Source of the DNA: Candidatus Kapaibacterium sp. | Lineage (GTDB): Bacteria; Bacteroidota; Ignavibacteria; Kapaibacteriales; UBA2268 | Assembly (NCBI GenBank): GCA_963665665.1 | Contig: OY762428.1 | Coordinates: forward strand, 1,088,001-1,152,000 | Direction of reading: 5' to 3' | DNA length: 64,000 nucleotides | In this document: one piece after another, positions 40,301 to 48,962 of the stretch | Layout: each line of letters opens with the position of its first letter | Position numbering within the stretch: position 1 is the stretch's first letter | The notes under the pieces: generated by a model | What the model was told of the DNA's origin: nothing | What the model saw: the letters and a program-made list of their open reading frames with translations, nothing else | Databases searched by the model: none | Made by a program: the position numbers and the translations under genes

Positions 40301-40598
40301 GTTCCTTCTGAACCTGAATTTCAACGGGCAGGCCATGAGTATCCCAACCGGCCTGACGACGTACATAATGTCCCGTCATAGTTTTAAAACGGCACATCGT
40401 ATCTTTGATAGTCCTTGCCATCATGTGGTGAATACCGGGCTTGCCGTTCACTGTGGGGGGGCCTTCGTAGAATGCAAAGGTAGGATTTCCTTCGCGCTCT
40501 TCCAGAGATTTCTCAAATATATTATTTTCCTTCCAGAATTTCAGAACGTCATGTTCTAATTCCGGGTAATTGAATTTATCAGGTAAAGGCTTAAACAT
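37356..40598 (-). CDS. ileS: Isoleucyl-tRNA synthetase, type 2
   Basis: EGPPT.NG.PGIHH, GWDTHGLP, WTTTPWTL, GTGVVH.APAFG, DWSLSR.RFWGTP, EGIDQTRGWFY, KMSKS; type 2 C-terminus (AREFVNRVQNLRK). Confidence 0.97.
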   Translation of the reverse strand: MFKPLPDKFNYPELEHDVLKFWKENNIFEKSLEEREGNPTFAFYEGPPTVNGKPGIHHMMARTIKDTMCRFKTMTGHYVRRQAGWDTHGLPVEIQVQKELGLKDKADVEEYGIDKFNAACKEFVYKNIDMADGWRYLTDRMGYWIDLDSAYITCTQEYVESVWWALKQFFDKGLIYRGFKVVPQSPTIETPLSSHELAQNYRDVRDPNCYLKLKITSSPIKEIEDARIMVWTTTPWTLFANVALAVGEDIDYVLIKNIRKFKENTLEDTLVLAKSRLGALDGDYEILKEFKGSEIVGTRYEQIFDYVKLDMEKHPNALSVLAGDFVTTEDGTGVVHMAPAFGEDDYRMSRLHNLPFVQPVTANGHFTEELGPFAGRAIKNFEYEDHKEEGSDKDIVIELKKMDKIYRSTNDYLHSYPHCWRTGNPIMYYARESWFIKSPEYKEKMIGLNKEITWQPPEIGTGRFGNWLEEVKDWSLSRDRFWGTPLPIWVSEDKKDMFALGSIEDLEQGLYEFEDGRRVAVKECGIETDLHRPFVDNVIFEKNGQTYRRVHEVIDVWFDSGAMPFAQYHYPFENKELFESMFPGDFIAEGIDQTRGWFYTLHNIASAIFGKPAFRNIVVNELILDKNGVKMSKSKGNTVDPFEMMEKYGADAVRWYLFVNNPPWRATLFNPEDIAKTVISDFFRSLTNTYAFFTLYANIDNFTGNEEEIPVSERPEFDRWIISRVNSLVKEYMELMKEFELTKAQRAIQSFTIYELSNWYIRRNRRRFWKGEMDNDKLSAYQTLREVMLKIASLISPTAPFLGETLFLRLKKQSEPESIHLTFLPKPVGENIDPELERRMEKAQVIVNLARSLREKARIRTRQPLRRILIPVLSAEERRDIQAVEHIIADELNIKAVEFVTDDTSDIVKKTAKPNFKTIGKKFGKKTQPVANAIRGMNSEQINDLETKGCYNLNIGDENVEILNEDIEIQSEDIEGWLVATEHGTTVALDTQLDNELITEGLAREFVNRVQNLRKSSGFDVTDRISISFDASEILSKAIIEMNDYIANETLAEEILRVESLSGEKIDIDEEIVTISLVKK

Positions 40599-40919
40599 TT
40601 TTCTGCCATCTTTTCATTAAACAAAAAACAAGCTACAATTATATTAATTTTAAATGAAATATCAAAGCTAAATTAAAGATAGAGAATAAAATATATTATT
40701 TGTGCAAAAAAGATATCAATATTGTAGAGCTGATTTCTGAATATTTGAGCAAATTCTATTGTTAGGCCATTATGAACAAACTTCAGGCAAATATAAAATA
40801 ATTTAATTTTATTTTGGAAAATCCTTATCTTTAAAAAATCTAATAAGTGAATAATTGATTTACTCAATATTTTTATATGTAGAACTACCATTTGTTTAAA
40901 CATCACACAGGATTATTAT

Positions 40920-42347
40920 ATGTCAGATTTAAAACCCGAAATTTTAGACGTGGTTAAAAAATCAAAAGCCGCTGCCGGAGTGTTTTCACAGTACACTCAG
41001 GAGCACGTGGACAGAATTGTTAAAGCTATTTATAAAGCTGCTTTCGACAACAGGATCAAACTTGCAAAAATGGCCGTAGAAGAAACAGGAATGGGAGTAT
41101 TCGAAGATAAAGTTATAAAGAATGTACTCTCATCACAGTTTGTTTATAATGACATTAAAGACATGAAAACCGTGGGTATAATCAGTGAGGACAGGGTTTC
41201 CGGTATTACTGAGATAGCACAGCCTCTTGGCCCCATTTTTGCCGTTATCCCGGTTACAAACCCCACATCTACAATTATTTATAAAATTCTTATTTCGTTA
41301 AAATCCCGTAATCCGCTTATTATCCACCCGCACAGGATGGCTACAGAATGTTCAATAGAAACAGCAAGGATATGTTATGAAGCAGCATTGAGTGAAGACG
41401 CACCTGAGGATTGCATCCAATGGGTTAGCGGATTTAAACGAGAGGACACACAAGGCCTGATGTCACATCCCGACATAGCTCTTATCCTGGCAACCGGCGG
41501 CAGCGGACTGGTTAAGGCAGCATACAGCAGCGGTACTCCGGCTCTTGGTGTGGGTGCAGGAAATGTGCCTGTATTCATCGAGAAAACTGCCGATGTAGAA
41601 TATTCGGTAACACAGATACTCTCATCTAAATTATTTGATTTCGGTACAATATGCGCCAGCGAGCAGGCAATTGTAACACAGAAGGAAATCTCTGATGATG
41701 TAGTTGCAGAATTCAAAAAGCAGGGTGCTTACTTCATGAATGAAGAAGAAAGAAAGAAAATTGAAGCTGTTTCCTTTGATATGAAGAAAAATTCAATGAA
41801 GGGTGATGTTGTCGGTAAATCTGCCGAATTCATAGCAAACCTTGCAGGAGTTGATGTACCCGATGGTACCAGAGTACTGATTTCTTTGCTGGATCAGGTA
41901 AGCAAAGAAGTGGCCCTTTCAAGTGAAATTCTTGCTCCGCTACTTGCTATGTATGTGGAAGACAATTACGATGATGCTGTAAACCGCTGTATTGACTTGA
42001 ATTACCATGGCGGTATCGGACACACTGCCAGTATTTATTCAAACGATGAAGATGTTATCAGGAAATTCGCCCTGATAATGAACGCGGGCAGGGTTGTTGT
42101 TAATATGCCTTCATCTCAGGGAGCCGTTGGTTTTACAAGCGGTTTGAATCCTTCTCTGACACTCGGCTGCGGTACAGGCGGAAAAAACATTACAACAGAT
42201 AATATCACTGCCACACACCTTCTGAATATTCAGAGAATTGCAAGATACAGGTCGAACTTCCTGTTTGACAGGTTTGACAAATCGAAATATTTCGACGAAA
42301 ATTACAAATCAGATGACCTCGATAAAGAATTTTATAAAAATATATAA
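40920..42347 (+). CDS. CoA-acylating aldehyde dehydrogenase (stand-alone AdhE N-domain/EutE-like)
   Basis: PVTNPTST, LATGG, GVGAGN, FDFGTICASEQ (catalytic Cys), SLTLGCG. Confidence 0.9.
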   Translation: MSDLKPEILDVVKKSKAAAGVFSQYTQEHVDRIVKAIYKAAFDNRIKLAKMAVEETGMGVFEDKVIKNVLSSQFVYNDIKDMKTVGIISEDRVSGITEIAQPLGPIFAVIPVTNPTSTIIYKILISLKSRNPLIIHPHRMATECSIETARICYEAALSEDAPEDCIQWVSGFKREDTQGLMSHPDIALILATGGSGLVKAAYSSGTPALGVGAGNVPVFIEKTADVEYSVTQILSSKLFDFGTICASEQAIVTQKEISDDVVAEFKKQGAYFMNEEERKKIEAVSFDMKKNSMKGDVVGKSAEFIANLAGVDVPDGTRVLISLLDQVSKEVALSSEILAPLLAMYVEDNYDDAVNRCIDLNYHGGIGHTASIYSNDEDVIRKFALIMNAGRVVVNMPSSQGAVGFTSGLNPSLTLGCGTGGKNITTDNITATHLLNIQRIARYRSNFLFDRFDKSKYFDENYKSDDLDKEFYKNI

Positions 42348-42649
42348 TGGAAACTAAAATGCTGGAAGTAAAAAAAGAAAATGACAAAATTACCGTAGCT
42401 TTCCCTGCAAGCCTCGGAACAGCAATATCTAAGGATTTTGAACCGGAACTAAAGGAAATTGCAAAATCCGCCGAAGAAAAACTCACATTTGATTTCAATG
42501 GCGTAACCTTCATCTGCTCTTATTTCCTGCGCCTCCTTTTATCAGCTTATAAGGAAGTAGGCGGAGATAATTTCGAAGTTATCAATGTTGGACCCGAGAT
42601 CAAAAAAGTATTGAAAATCGCCGGATTCGACAAGTATTTGAATATATAA
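42347..42649 (+). CDS. STAS domain protein (anti-sigma factor antagonist-like)
   Basis: FDFNGVTFICSYFLRLLL...IKKVLKIAGF pattern; ATG overlaps the upstream TAA. Confidence 0.85.
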   Translation: METKMLEVKKENDKITVAFPASLGTAISKDFEPELKEIAKSAEEKLTFDFNGVTFICSYFLRLLLSAYKEVGGDNFEVINVGPEIKKVLKIAGFDKYLNI

Positions 42650-42668
42650 ATTTGCATGAAGTCTTTTT

Positions 42669-42701
42669 ATACATCCGGTCACTTAAAGTGATCGGATGTA
42701 T
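42669..42701. terminator. Hairpin/terminator between convergent genes
   Basis: ATACATCCGGTCACT-TAA-AGTGATCGGATGTAT followed by a T-run. Confidence 0.7.
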
Positions 42702-42730
42702 CATTTTTTATCGCCTTGTATGATCCCCAA

Positions 42731-44479
42731 TCAATCGCCAAGCGGAACTATCAGCCTGCTTTTTCTTTTATTATCATGGTATAATTTTATTACCGCTGTT
42801 TTGGCATTGCGCGGATTATCCGACGACATGGAAAAACCACTGTTGTATGAACGCCTGAAATAGGGGTTATCAAGGCATCCGAAAAGGAAGCGGAGCCTGC
42901 TGCCCTTCCTTATCTCACGGGCAGTGTAGTGAAATGTATTCATATTCAGCCTGAATATTTCGCCTGGCTTTACAAGTTCAATTGAATCAAGCCGGTTTCT
43001 GAACCCGCCCCTGATGATTCCTGAACTAAGATAATTCACCTTACCGTCCGGTGTAATTTCATACACAATTCCCTCGAAATCAGTATCCGGTACATTCATT
43101 TCAATATTGGCTTCAAATTCAAATTGTCCCATTATTACTACATCCTCATCAAATGGAGCGGTATGGAATATTAGCTTATCGCCTATGTAGGCCTCGTTTT
43201 CCTCGCGCCAGTTATAGTTTATCAATTTGGGCTGGAAGCGTTTGGATACAAAAGTCGTATCCATGGGGTTATAAACAAATTCAGATGCTCCTTTATCCTT
43301 TGACGGAGTTAAATTCATAATTCCCGAATTGGAAACATCAAAAGGATTTCTACCCTCAGCGCTCAGGTAGTAATTAATTTTTCGCGAACTAAGTTTTTCG
43401 AGGCTATTGGCTCCTTGCCACTCATTTTTGCCGGGTATATAAACCCTGACATTGTTCTCCAGGAATTCCGGCAGCGGCGCCATTTTTATGGTATGGTCAA
43501 ACCAAGCTATTATCATTTCGTTCATATCAATAACTGCATTATCGCCGAATTCCATATCCTCGAATTTTGCTTTGGGCCTTCTTGTACCGCCGTGATCCCA
43601 GGGGCCGATTATCAGCCGGCATTGATCTTTGACATCCTTATCTCCATATTTCATAAAATTGTTATAATAATACAGATTCCCAGCCTGATCATCGTCAAAG
43701 AACCCGGTAACTGTAAGGATGGGAATATTGATATTTGCGTAGTCCTGCTCCGAGAGAAGGATATTTTTATAATATTCATCAAATTGGGAATGCTTCAGCC
43801 AGTTATTGAAATTTGTTTTGCTTATCCCGGACAGTTCCGGCAGGTTGAAATATGGCTCGTGTTCTATATGCATTTTCCTGAAAATGGCGTTCCAGTATTC
43901 ATGATCAATAAAAGCATTAGTCTGAAGTGAATTCCCTTCAACAAATGCAAGCCACTGCGCGTTATAGCTGTAGAATATATTGTTTATCATCGGAAAATCA
44001 ATACCGGGGCAGACCGAAGCTATTGGTATAGCCGATTTCAACGCCGGAGGATTTTCCTTCATTATCAGCCACTGAACCATCCCGAGATAGGATGCGCCAA
44101 CCATCCCGACCCTGCCGTCGCACCATTTCTGCGAGTCTATCCATTTTATCGCATCTGCTCCATCCTTACCGTCGTGCTCGAATGGAACGAAGATGCCACC
44201 GGAATTATCTCTGCCACGGCAGGAAAGCAAAACAGTAACATAGCCGTTTTCAGTGAAGTATTTCGCGTCCTTGTGGCTTCGGTCCTTACTGTATGGCGTC
44301 AGTATCAATATAACGGGGCGTGCTTCTTTCATGCCGTCCGGTTTATAAATATTCGCCGAAAGCTCAATCCCGTCTCTCACGGCAATTTTTCTATTAAACT
44401 CGATCTCGACAGCCTGCATAGCAGTAAAAGCCGTCAGAGAAGCAATAAGCACAGTAATCAGATATTTTAATTTCATCAT
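42731..44479 (-). CDS. Secreted CocE/NonD family (peptidase S15) hydrolase
   Basis: RDGIELSANIYKP, TPY, RGR..SGG, GASYLG nucleophile, IGPWDH, PepX-type C-terminal domain. Confidence 0.92.
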   Translation of the reverse strand: MMKLKYLITVLIASLTAFTAMQAVEIEFNRKIAVRDGIELSANIYKPDGMKEARPVILILTPYSKDRSHKDAKYFTENGYVTVLLSCRGRDNSGGIFVPFEHDGKDGADAIKWIDSQKWCDGRVGMVGASYLGMVQWLIMKENPPALKSAIPIASVCPGIDFPMINNIFYSYNAQWLAFVEGNSLQTNAFIDHEYWNAIFRKMHIEHEPYFNLPELSGISKTNFNNWLKHSQFDEYYKNILLSEQDYANINIPILTVTGFFDDDQAGNLYYYNNFMKYGDKDVKDQCRLIIGPWDHGGTRRPKAKFEDMEFGDNAVIDMNEMIIAWFDHTIKMAPLPEFLENNVRVYIPGKNEWQGANSLEKLSSRKINYYLSAEGRNPFDVSNSGIMNLTPSKDKGASEFVYNPMDTTFVSKRFQPKLINYNWREENEAYIGDKLIFHTAPFDEDVVIMGQFEFEANIEMNVPDTDFEGIVYEITPDGKVNYLSSGIIRGGFRNRLDSIELVKPGEIFRLNMNTFHYTAREIRKGSRLRFLFGCLDNPYFRRSYNSGFSMSSDNPRNAKTAVIKLYHDNKRKSRLIVPLGD

Positions 44480-44560
44480 CGCCGCCGGAAAAAGTAGAAT
44501 CCATAATTTTCATAATTTAAAATTATTGTACGAATAAAGAAAATATATTAAAAGGATTTT

Positions 44561-44818
44561 TCAGGCTGGTTTTGAAATAGTAATACCGTTATCCCAGAGA
44601 TATGATTCGCTAATATCAATGTCTTCATTCCAGGAAATACCATATCCCCCCGGATCAATCCTGGCCTGCTTCAGAAAGGAAATATCTTTTAAGGGTTCGA
44701 ATACCTTATTTGGGATCAACAAACTAAGATCAACCTGCTTAATAGTATCATCGGAAAATTGCAGGGTAATTTCCAGTTTATCAATTTTTATAATATTTAT
44801 AATTACAGGATATTTCAT
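44561..44818 (-). CDS. DUF2442 domain protein (putative antitoxin)
   Basis: L.FSDD....VDL...F.PL.D..F......GISW..DIDI pattern; coupled to the DUF4160 gene. Confidence 0.85.
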   Translation of the reverse strand: MKYPVIINIIKIDKLEITLQFSDDTIKQVDLSLLIPNKVFEPLKDISFLKQARIDPGGYGISWNEDIDISESYLWDNGITISKPA

Positions 44819-45066
44819 TATTTCAATCCAGGTAGTTTAATAAATTCCTGAGTTTCCCACATGGCTATTAAATCATCCTGATATAATTCCGCCCACTCTT
44901 TCACCATTTTTAAGGCTCGATTCGGGAGATCCCCTTCGATTATATCTAAATTGTCAATTGAAAAAAGTCCGTTATGTTCTCCGTATAGTGCGTGAAAATG
45001 TGGCGGAAGATGATCATTAAAATACATCTTTATAAGAATTCCATAAAATCTACTAATTTCCGGCAT
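44818..45066 (-). CDS. DUF4160 domain protein (putative toxin)
   Basis: MPEISRFYGI.I.MYFNDH.PPHFHA.YG...G.LP.....V.EW signature. Confidence 0.9.
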   Translation of the reverse strand: MPEISRFYGILIKMYFNDHLPPHFHALYGEHNGLFSIDNLDIIEGDLPNRALKMVKEWAELYQDDLIAMWETQEFIKLPGLK

Positions 45067-45373
45067 TTTTCAATTATCCTAAAATATCTTACTTACTATT
45101 GAAAAAAACGAATTAACTTAAATATTAGTGATTTTGAAAAAAGTTAACTGTCCTCAACAAATAAAAAAATTATTATTAATAAAACATCTCAATATGATTA
45201 AATCTCTTCAATATGCAAATTCTCTGCTTCTAGATTCATTTTAATTAAATCGACTTTTCGAACATCAATGTAAAACTTTATTTGAAATAATACAAAAATA
45301 CCCACCCCTAAATTACAATTTCCGTTTTCATTTGCTTTATTTTTTTTCTTTGTGTATTTTGAAAAAAAAGCTA

Positions 45374-45401
45374 ATTGCTTATAAAATAAGTTGTGTGAAA
45401 T
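45374..45401 (+). other. dif-like (XerC/XerD-type) 28-bp recombination site
   Basis: ATTGCTTATAA-AATAAG-TTGTGTGAAAT: 11-6-11 layout resembling dif/pdif arms, 50 bp before the DUF262 start. Confidence 0.5.
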
Positions 45402-46146
45402 TAAGTCACGAAGATAGAAAATTTTTCGAAATATAACTAAAAATAAATAGATGAATTTATCAGCAACAAAAGTAACAGATAATACTCATGAAATGAGTTT
45501 TCATGAATTATTTTCTCAGTCGACTCAGATTCAAATTCCATTGTTTCAGCGTGAATACGTATGGACTGAGAAACAATTTAAAAGGATGATAGAAGAAATT
45601 GATATTATAGTTGATGGTGAAGATACTAATAGATTCCTAGGAGCCATTATTGCAGTTAGACGTGAAGCCAATCCATCTCAACCTCAACCTTTTGAAATTG
45701 TTGATGGTCAACAAAGATTGTCAACTCTATATTTATTTGTGTTAGCAGCGGCCTATGTTGCAGCTCGCAATAAGGAAGATGATTATGCAAAAGGACTTAT
45801 TAATACAAATCTAATGATTGATTGGTGGCAGAATGGAATTAATACAAAGTTAGTTCCGTCATTTGCAGATAGAAATCAATTTTGTCAAGCATTTGGTCAA
45901 TTAATTTGAAATGCTCCCTATTGCTTAGACAAATAAAAGTATAGTTTATGGTGTTTATTAATCTATACTTCTTCTCTAATAAAATAAGAAAAAAATATGT
46001 AATAATATTAATTTTTCTTTTTTTTGCTACTTTTTTTTCTTTTTGTTAACAACCTGGAAATTGTGGATAACTTTCACTCTCCTTTCTATTTCTTTTTTTA
46101 TCAATTGCTTACCGGATTGCATTTTTTCACTTTTCCAACAAAGTTT

Positions 46147-46992
46147 TCAATTAACGAACCGCTGTTCGTTCATATATTTTTCAGCCGGAATCTGGTATTC
46201 AATTCCTGCGTGCGGCCTCGTGTTGTTATACCAATCGACATAAGCCTTTATACCGCCATAGAGCTCTTTTCCGTCTTCGTAAGACTTCAGATACAGGTCT
46301 TCGTATTTAAAGCTCCGCCAGAAGCGTTCTATGTAAACATTGTCCAAGGCGCGGCCCTTGCCGTCCATGCTTACCTTAACATCAGCATCCAGAATCGTTT
46401 TCACAAAATCATTGCTCGTGAACTGACTGCCCTGATCCGTGTTTGTTATTTCCGGTTTCCTGGTTTTCAAAGACCTTTTTATTGTATCTATGCAGAACTC
46501 CTTCTCAAGGTTATTCGATAATTCCCAGTCGACGATATACCTGCTATAAACATCTATAATTGCTATAAGATACATAAATCCTTTACGCATCGGAATATAT
46601 GTTATATCCAGGCTCCAAACCTGATCCGGACGACTTATTTTCATATCCCTCAACAGGTATGGATAAATTTTGTGCTCCTTGTTCGGTTTGCTCGTGTCCG
46701 GTTGGGGATATATTGCCCGAAGTCCCAATAATTTCATTAATCGCCTGATTCGTTTATAGTTAACATGGTATCCCAAAGAACGTAAGTGTGCTGTCATTTT
46801 TCTGGCTCCATAAAATGGAGTAATCGCGAATTGTTCTTTGATCAGCTTCATATATAGAATATTTGCTTCACTTTCACCCTTGGGTTTGTAATAATAACAG
46901 CTCCTGCTAATACCCAAAAGCTCGCACTGCCGGCTTATGCTAATTTCTTTATTATCAGCATCTACCATCTTCCTGCGTTCTTCTTTACTCAC
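46147..46992 (-). CDS. IS3 transposase OrfB (DDE/rve integrase core)
   Basis: W..DITYI, TDQGSQF, DN..IERFWRS.KYE, YN..RPH motifs. Confidence 0.95.
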   Translation of the reverse strand: MSKEERRKMVDADNKEISISRQCELLGISRSCYYYKPKGESEANILYMKLIKEQFAITPFYGARKMTAHLRSLGYHVNYKRIRRLMKLLGLRAIYPQPDTSKPNKEHKIYPYLLRDMKISRPDQVWSLDITYIPMRKGFMYLIAIIDVYSRYIVDWELSNNLEKEFCIDTIKRSLKTRKPEITNTDQGSQFTSNDFVKTILDADVKVSMDGKGRALDNVYIERFWRSFKYEDLYLKSYEDGKELYGGIKAYVDWYNNTRPHAGIEYQIPAEKYMNEQRFVN

Positions 46993-47272
46993 GGCCCAAT
47001 TTTTTTTTTAACCAGTCTAATTCAATTTTTAGCCGGCCTATTTCTTCATATAATACTGATTCGTCTTTTTCTTTTTTATTCTTCCCTGGCCCACGCTTGT
47101 TTTCAAATACTTCCTTTTCACTTTCTTTTAAATGCTTTTTCCACATGCTTATCTGGTTTGGATGAACCCCGTACTCCGATGCCAGCTCGGTTATTGTTTT
47201 TCTCTCTTGGACTGCCTCCAGGGCTACCTGCATTTTGAATTTTGAACTGTAATTTCTTCGTTTGTTTGCCAT
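46985..47272 (-). CDS. IS3 transposase OrfA (HTH)
   Basis: RR.YS.KFK.QVALEA...LA..YGVHPNQI..WKK; A10 slippery run at 47000-47009 for -1 frameshift into OrfB. Confidence 0.93.
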   Translation of the reverse strand: MANKRRNYSSKFKMQVALEAVQERKTITELASEYGVHPNQISMWKKHLKESEKEVFENKRGPGKNKKEKDESVLYEEIGRLKIELDWLKKKLGRE

Positions 47273-48635
47273 TTGATGCTCCTTTTGATTTTTTGCAAGT
47301 TAAGATTATTTCACCTTAAATCGCTGTTTTTTTTAAAGGAAGCCGTTCAATTAATACAGGAAATTTATCCGATTGGTTAGGTGTGAAAGCTAAACTACCA
47401 GAAAAAAGTGGTTCTGATAAAGGTAGATATATAAATCAATTTAATCGAATTAAATCTTTTCTTCAAAAAAGATATAAAGAAAATGGCATTGACCATCTGA
47501 AAGAGATTGTAACTGCTGCACAGACTAAATTAACTTTTGTCTTTATATTATTAAAAGACCCATCTAATGCAACTACGGTATTTGAAGGACTTAATGATCC
47601 AGGAATTCCAATTGGTATTGGAGATTTAGTAAGAAATGAAGTATTCTCTAAAATAAATGGTGATGCAGATAAAGCTCATGCAATTCATAGAGACATCTGG
47701 CTTCCATTTAGAGACAAACTAGGTGAACATTTCGATAATTATTTTTTTCCTTATGCAATAATAAATGAGTCATCTATTAAAAATGCAGACTTGTTTCGTG
47801 GTTTAAGGAAATTATGGGTTGATAAAAAATCCCCTGATAAAAAGTCCCCTGAAGATATAATAAAACAGCTTGACAATTACACAGTACCATATTTGGCAAT
47901 TGCAAATGGACAATTTCCTGAAAATTATTCTAAATCGGTATTAATTAAGATTACGAAACTCAGGGAGGCAAAAAGTCCTACTTCAATTTACCCCTTTGTA
48001 ATGAAACTACTTAAAGAATATGAACTTGATAGTATAACTGAAAAAGATACGGTTGAATGCTTAGAGGTTTTAGAATCGTTTCTTGTTAGAAGAGCTCTTT
48101 GTGGTATTGAACCTACTGGATTACTAGTACTCTTTAGGACAGCTTGGAGTGTGATGAATGGTATTCCAAATAAAGAAAACTTAACAAAGGCTATAAAACG
48201 ACGAAATACAATTGAGTGGCCAGATGATTTAAGACTTGAAACAGCTATTCTAACACGGAACATCTATTCAAGTTCTATTTGTAAATATGCAATTAGGGAG
48301 TATGAAAAAAGCCAAGAGTCGGATTTTCCAAATAATGATTTCTGGATTGAACATGTAACTCCACAAAGCTTAAACGATGAATGGAGAAAAGTAATAACTG
48401 ATGAAGAGCATCAAAATGTTGTCCACACCTGGGGTAATTTAATACCATTGACTTCTGAAATGAACAGAGATTTATCTCAAGCAGCATTTGAATTAAAGAA
48501 AAAAGAATATAGCAAACATTCAATTTTTTCTTCAACAAGGTCTCTAGCAAAAGAATATGAAGAATGGAATAAAACAACAATAACAGAGAGATCAAAAGTA
48601 ATTGGAAAATGGGCTATAACCAGGTGGAAGAAATA

Positions 48636-48762
48636 ACTACACACTACATGCGGTAATAAGTAATGCGGGTTGATGTGGCAATTTTACATGTTTACATTTG
48701 ATAAAAATAGCAACGGTTTGATAGGTAAATGCTCCGAAATCCCGCCCGACAACATATAACTG
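48636..48762. other. attC/dif-like element starting at the DUF262 gene stop codon
   Basis: ACTACACACTA-CATGCGG-TAATAAGTAAT is an imperfect inverted copy of the 45374 site; inner GCGGG...CCCGC arms; ends at a REP. Confidence 0.45.
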
Positions 48763-48870
48763 GTCATTCTGAACGAAGTGAAGAATCCAGTATTCATGCG
48801 GGTTATGGATTCTTCAATAATTCTTTAAGAAAAAGATGGATTCTTCAGTCGCAAGCTCCTTCAGAATGAC
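48763..48870. repeat. REP-like palindromic element, copy 2
   Basis: GTCATTCTGAACGAAGTGAAGAATCC ... GGATTCTTCAGTCGCAAGCTCCTTCAGAATGAC with terminal inverted arms. Confidence 0.8.
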
Positions 48871-48962
48871 ATTTTTAGGATTATTCTTCAAAACTTATAC
48901 CATCTGAGTGATTTCCCATACTTTTTGCTAATTAACTATTAACGAGAAAATTCGGGGTTCTG

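Larger units (their letters stand above)
45907..47349 (-). mobile_element. IS3-family insertion sequence, 1443 bp, 3-bp target duplication ATT
   Basis: TG...CA ends; imperfect IRs TGAAATGCTCCCT / TGAACGGCTTCCT; ATT at 45904-45906 and 47350-47352; orfA/orfB layout. Confidence 0.93.
45451..48636 (+). pseudogene. GmrSD-like DUF262/DUF1524 (type IV restriction-like) gene interrupted by IS3
   Basis: 5' part has IP.FQREYVW and IVDGQQRLST; 3' part has VFE.LN..G, IEHVTPQ and GNL.PL...N (HNH). Removing the IS and one ATT restores one frame (...GQLINTGNLSDWLGVKAKLP...), 579 aa. Confidence 0.9.

Noticed and set aside
46062-46070. Replication origin, suggested by the DnaA box
   Set aside because: A single box lying inside an IS; no box cluster or dnaA/oriC context.
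46024-46521. 165-aa plus-strand ORF inside the IS as a passenger gene
   Set aside because: Antisense shadow of OrfB.
45901-47355. Alternative IS boundaries with a 5-bp TTAAT duplication
   Set aside because: That choice does not restore the host reading frame and loses the TG...CA ends; the 3-bp ATT duplication satisfies both.
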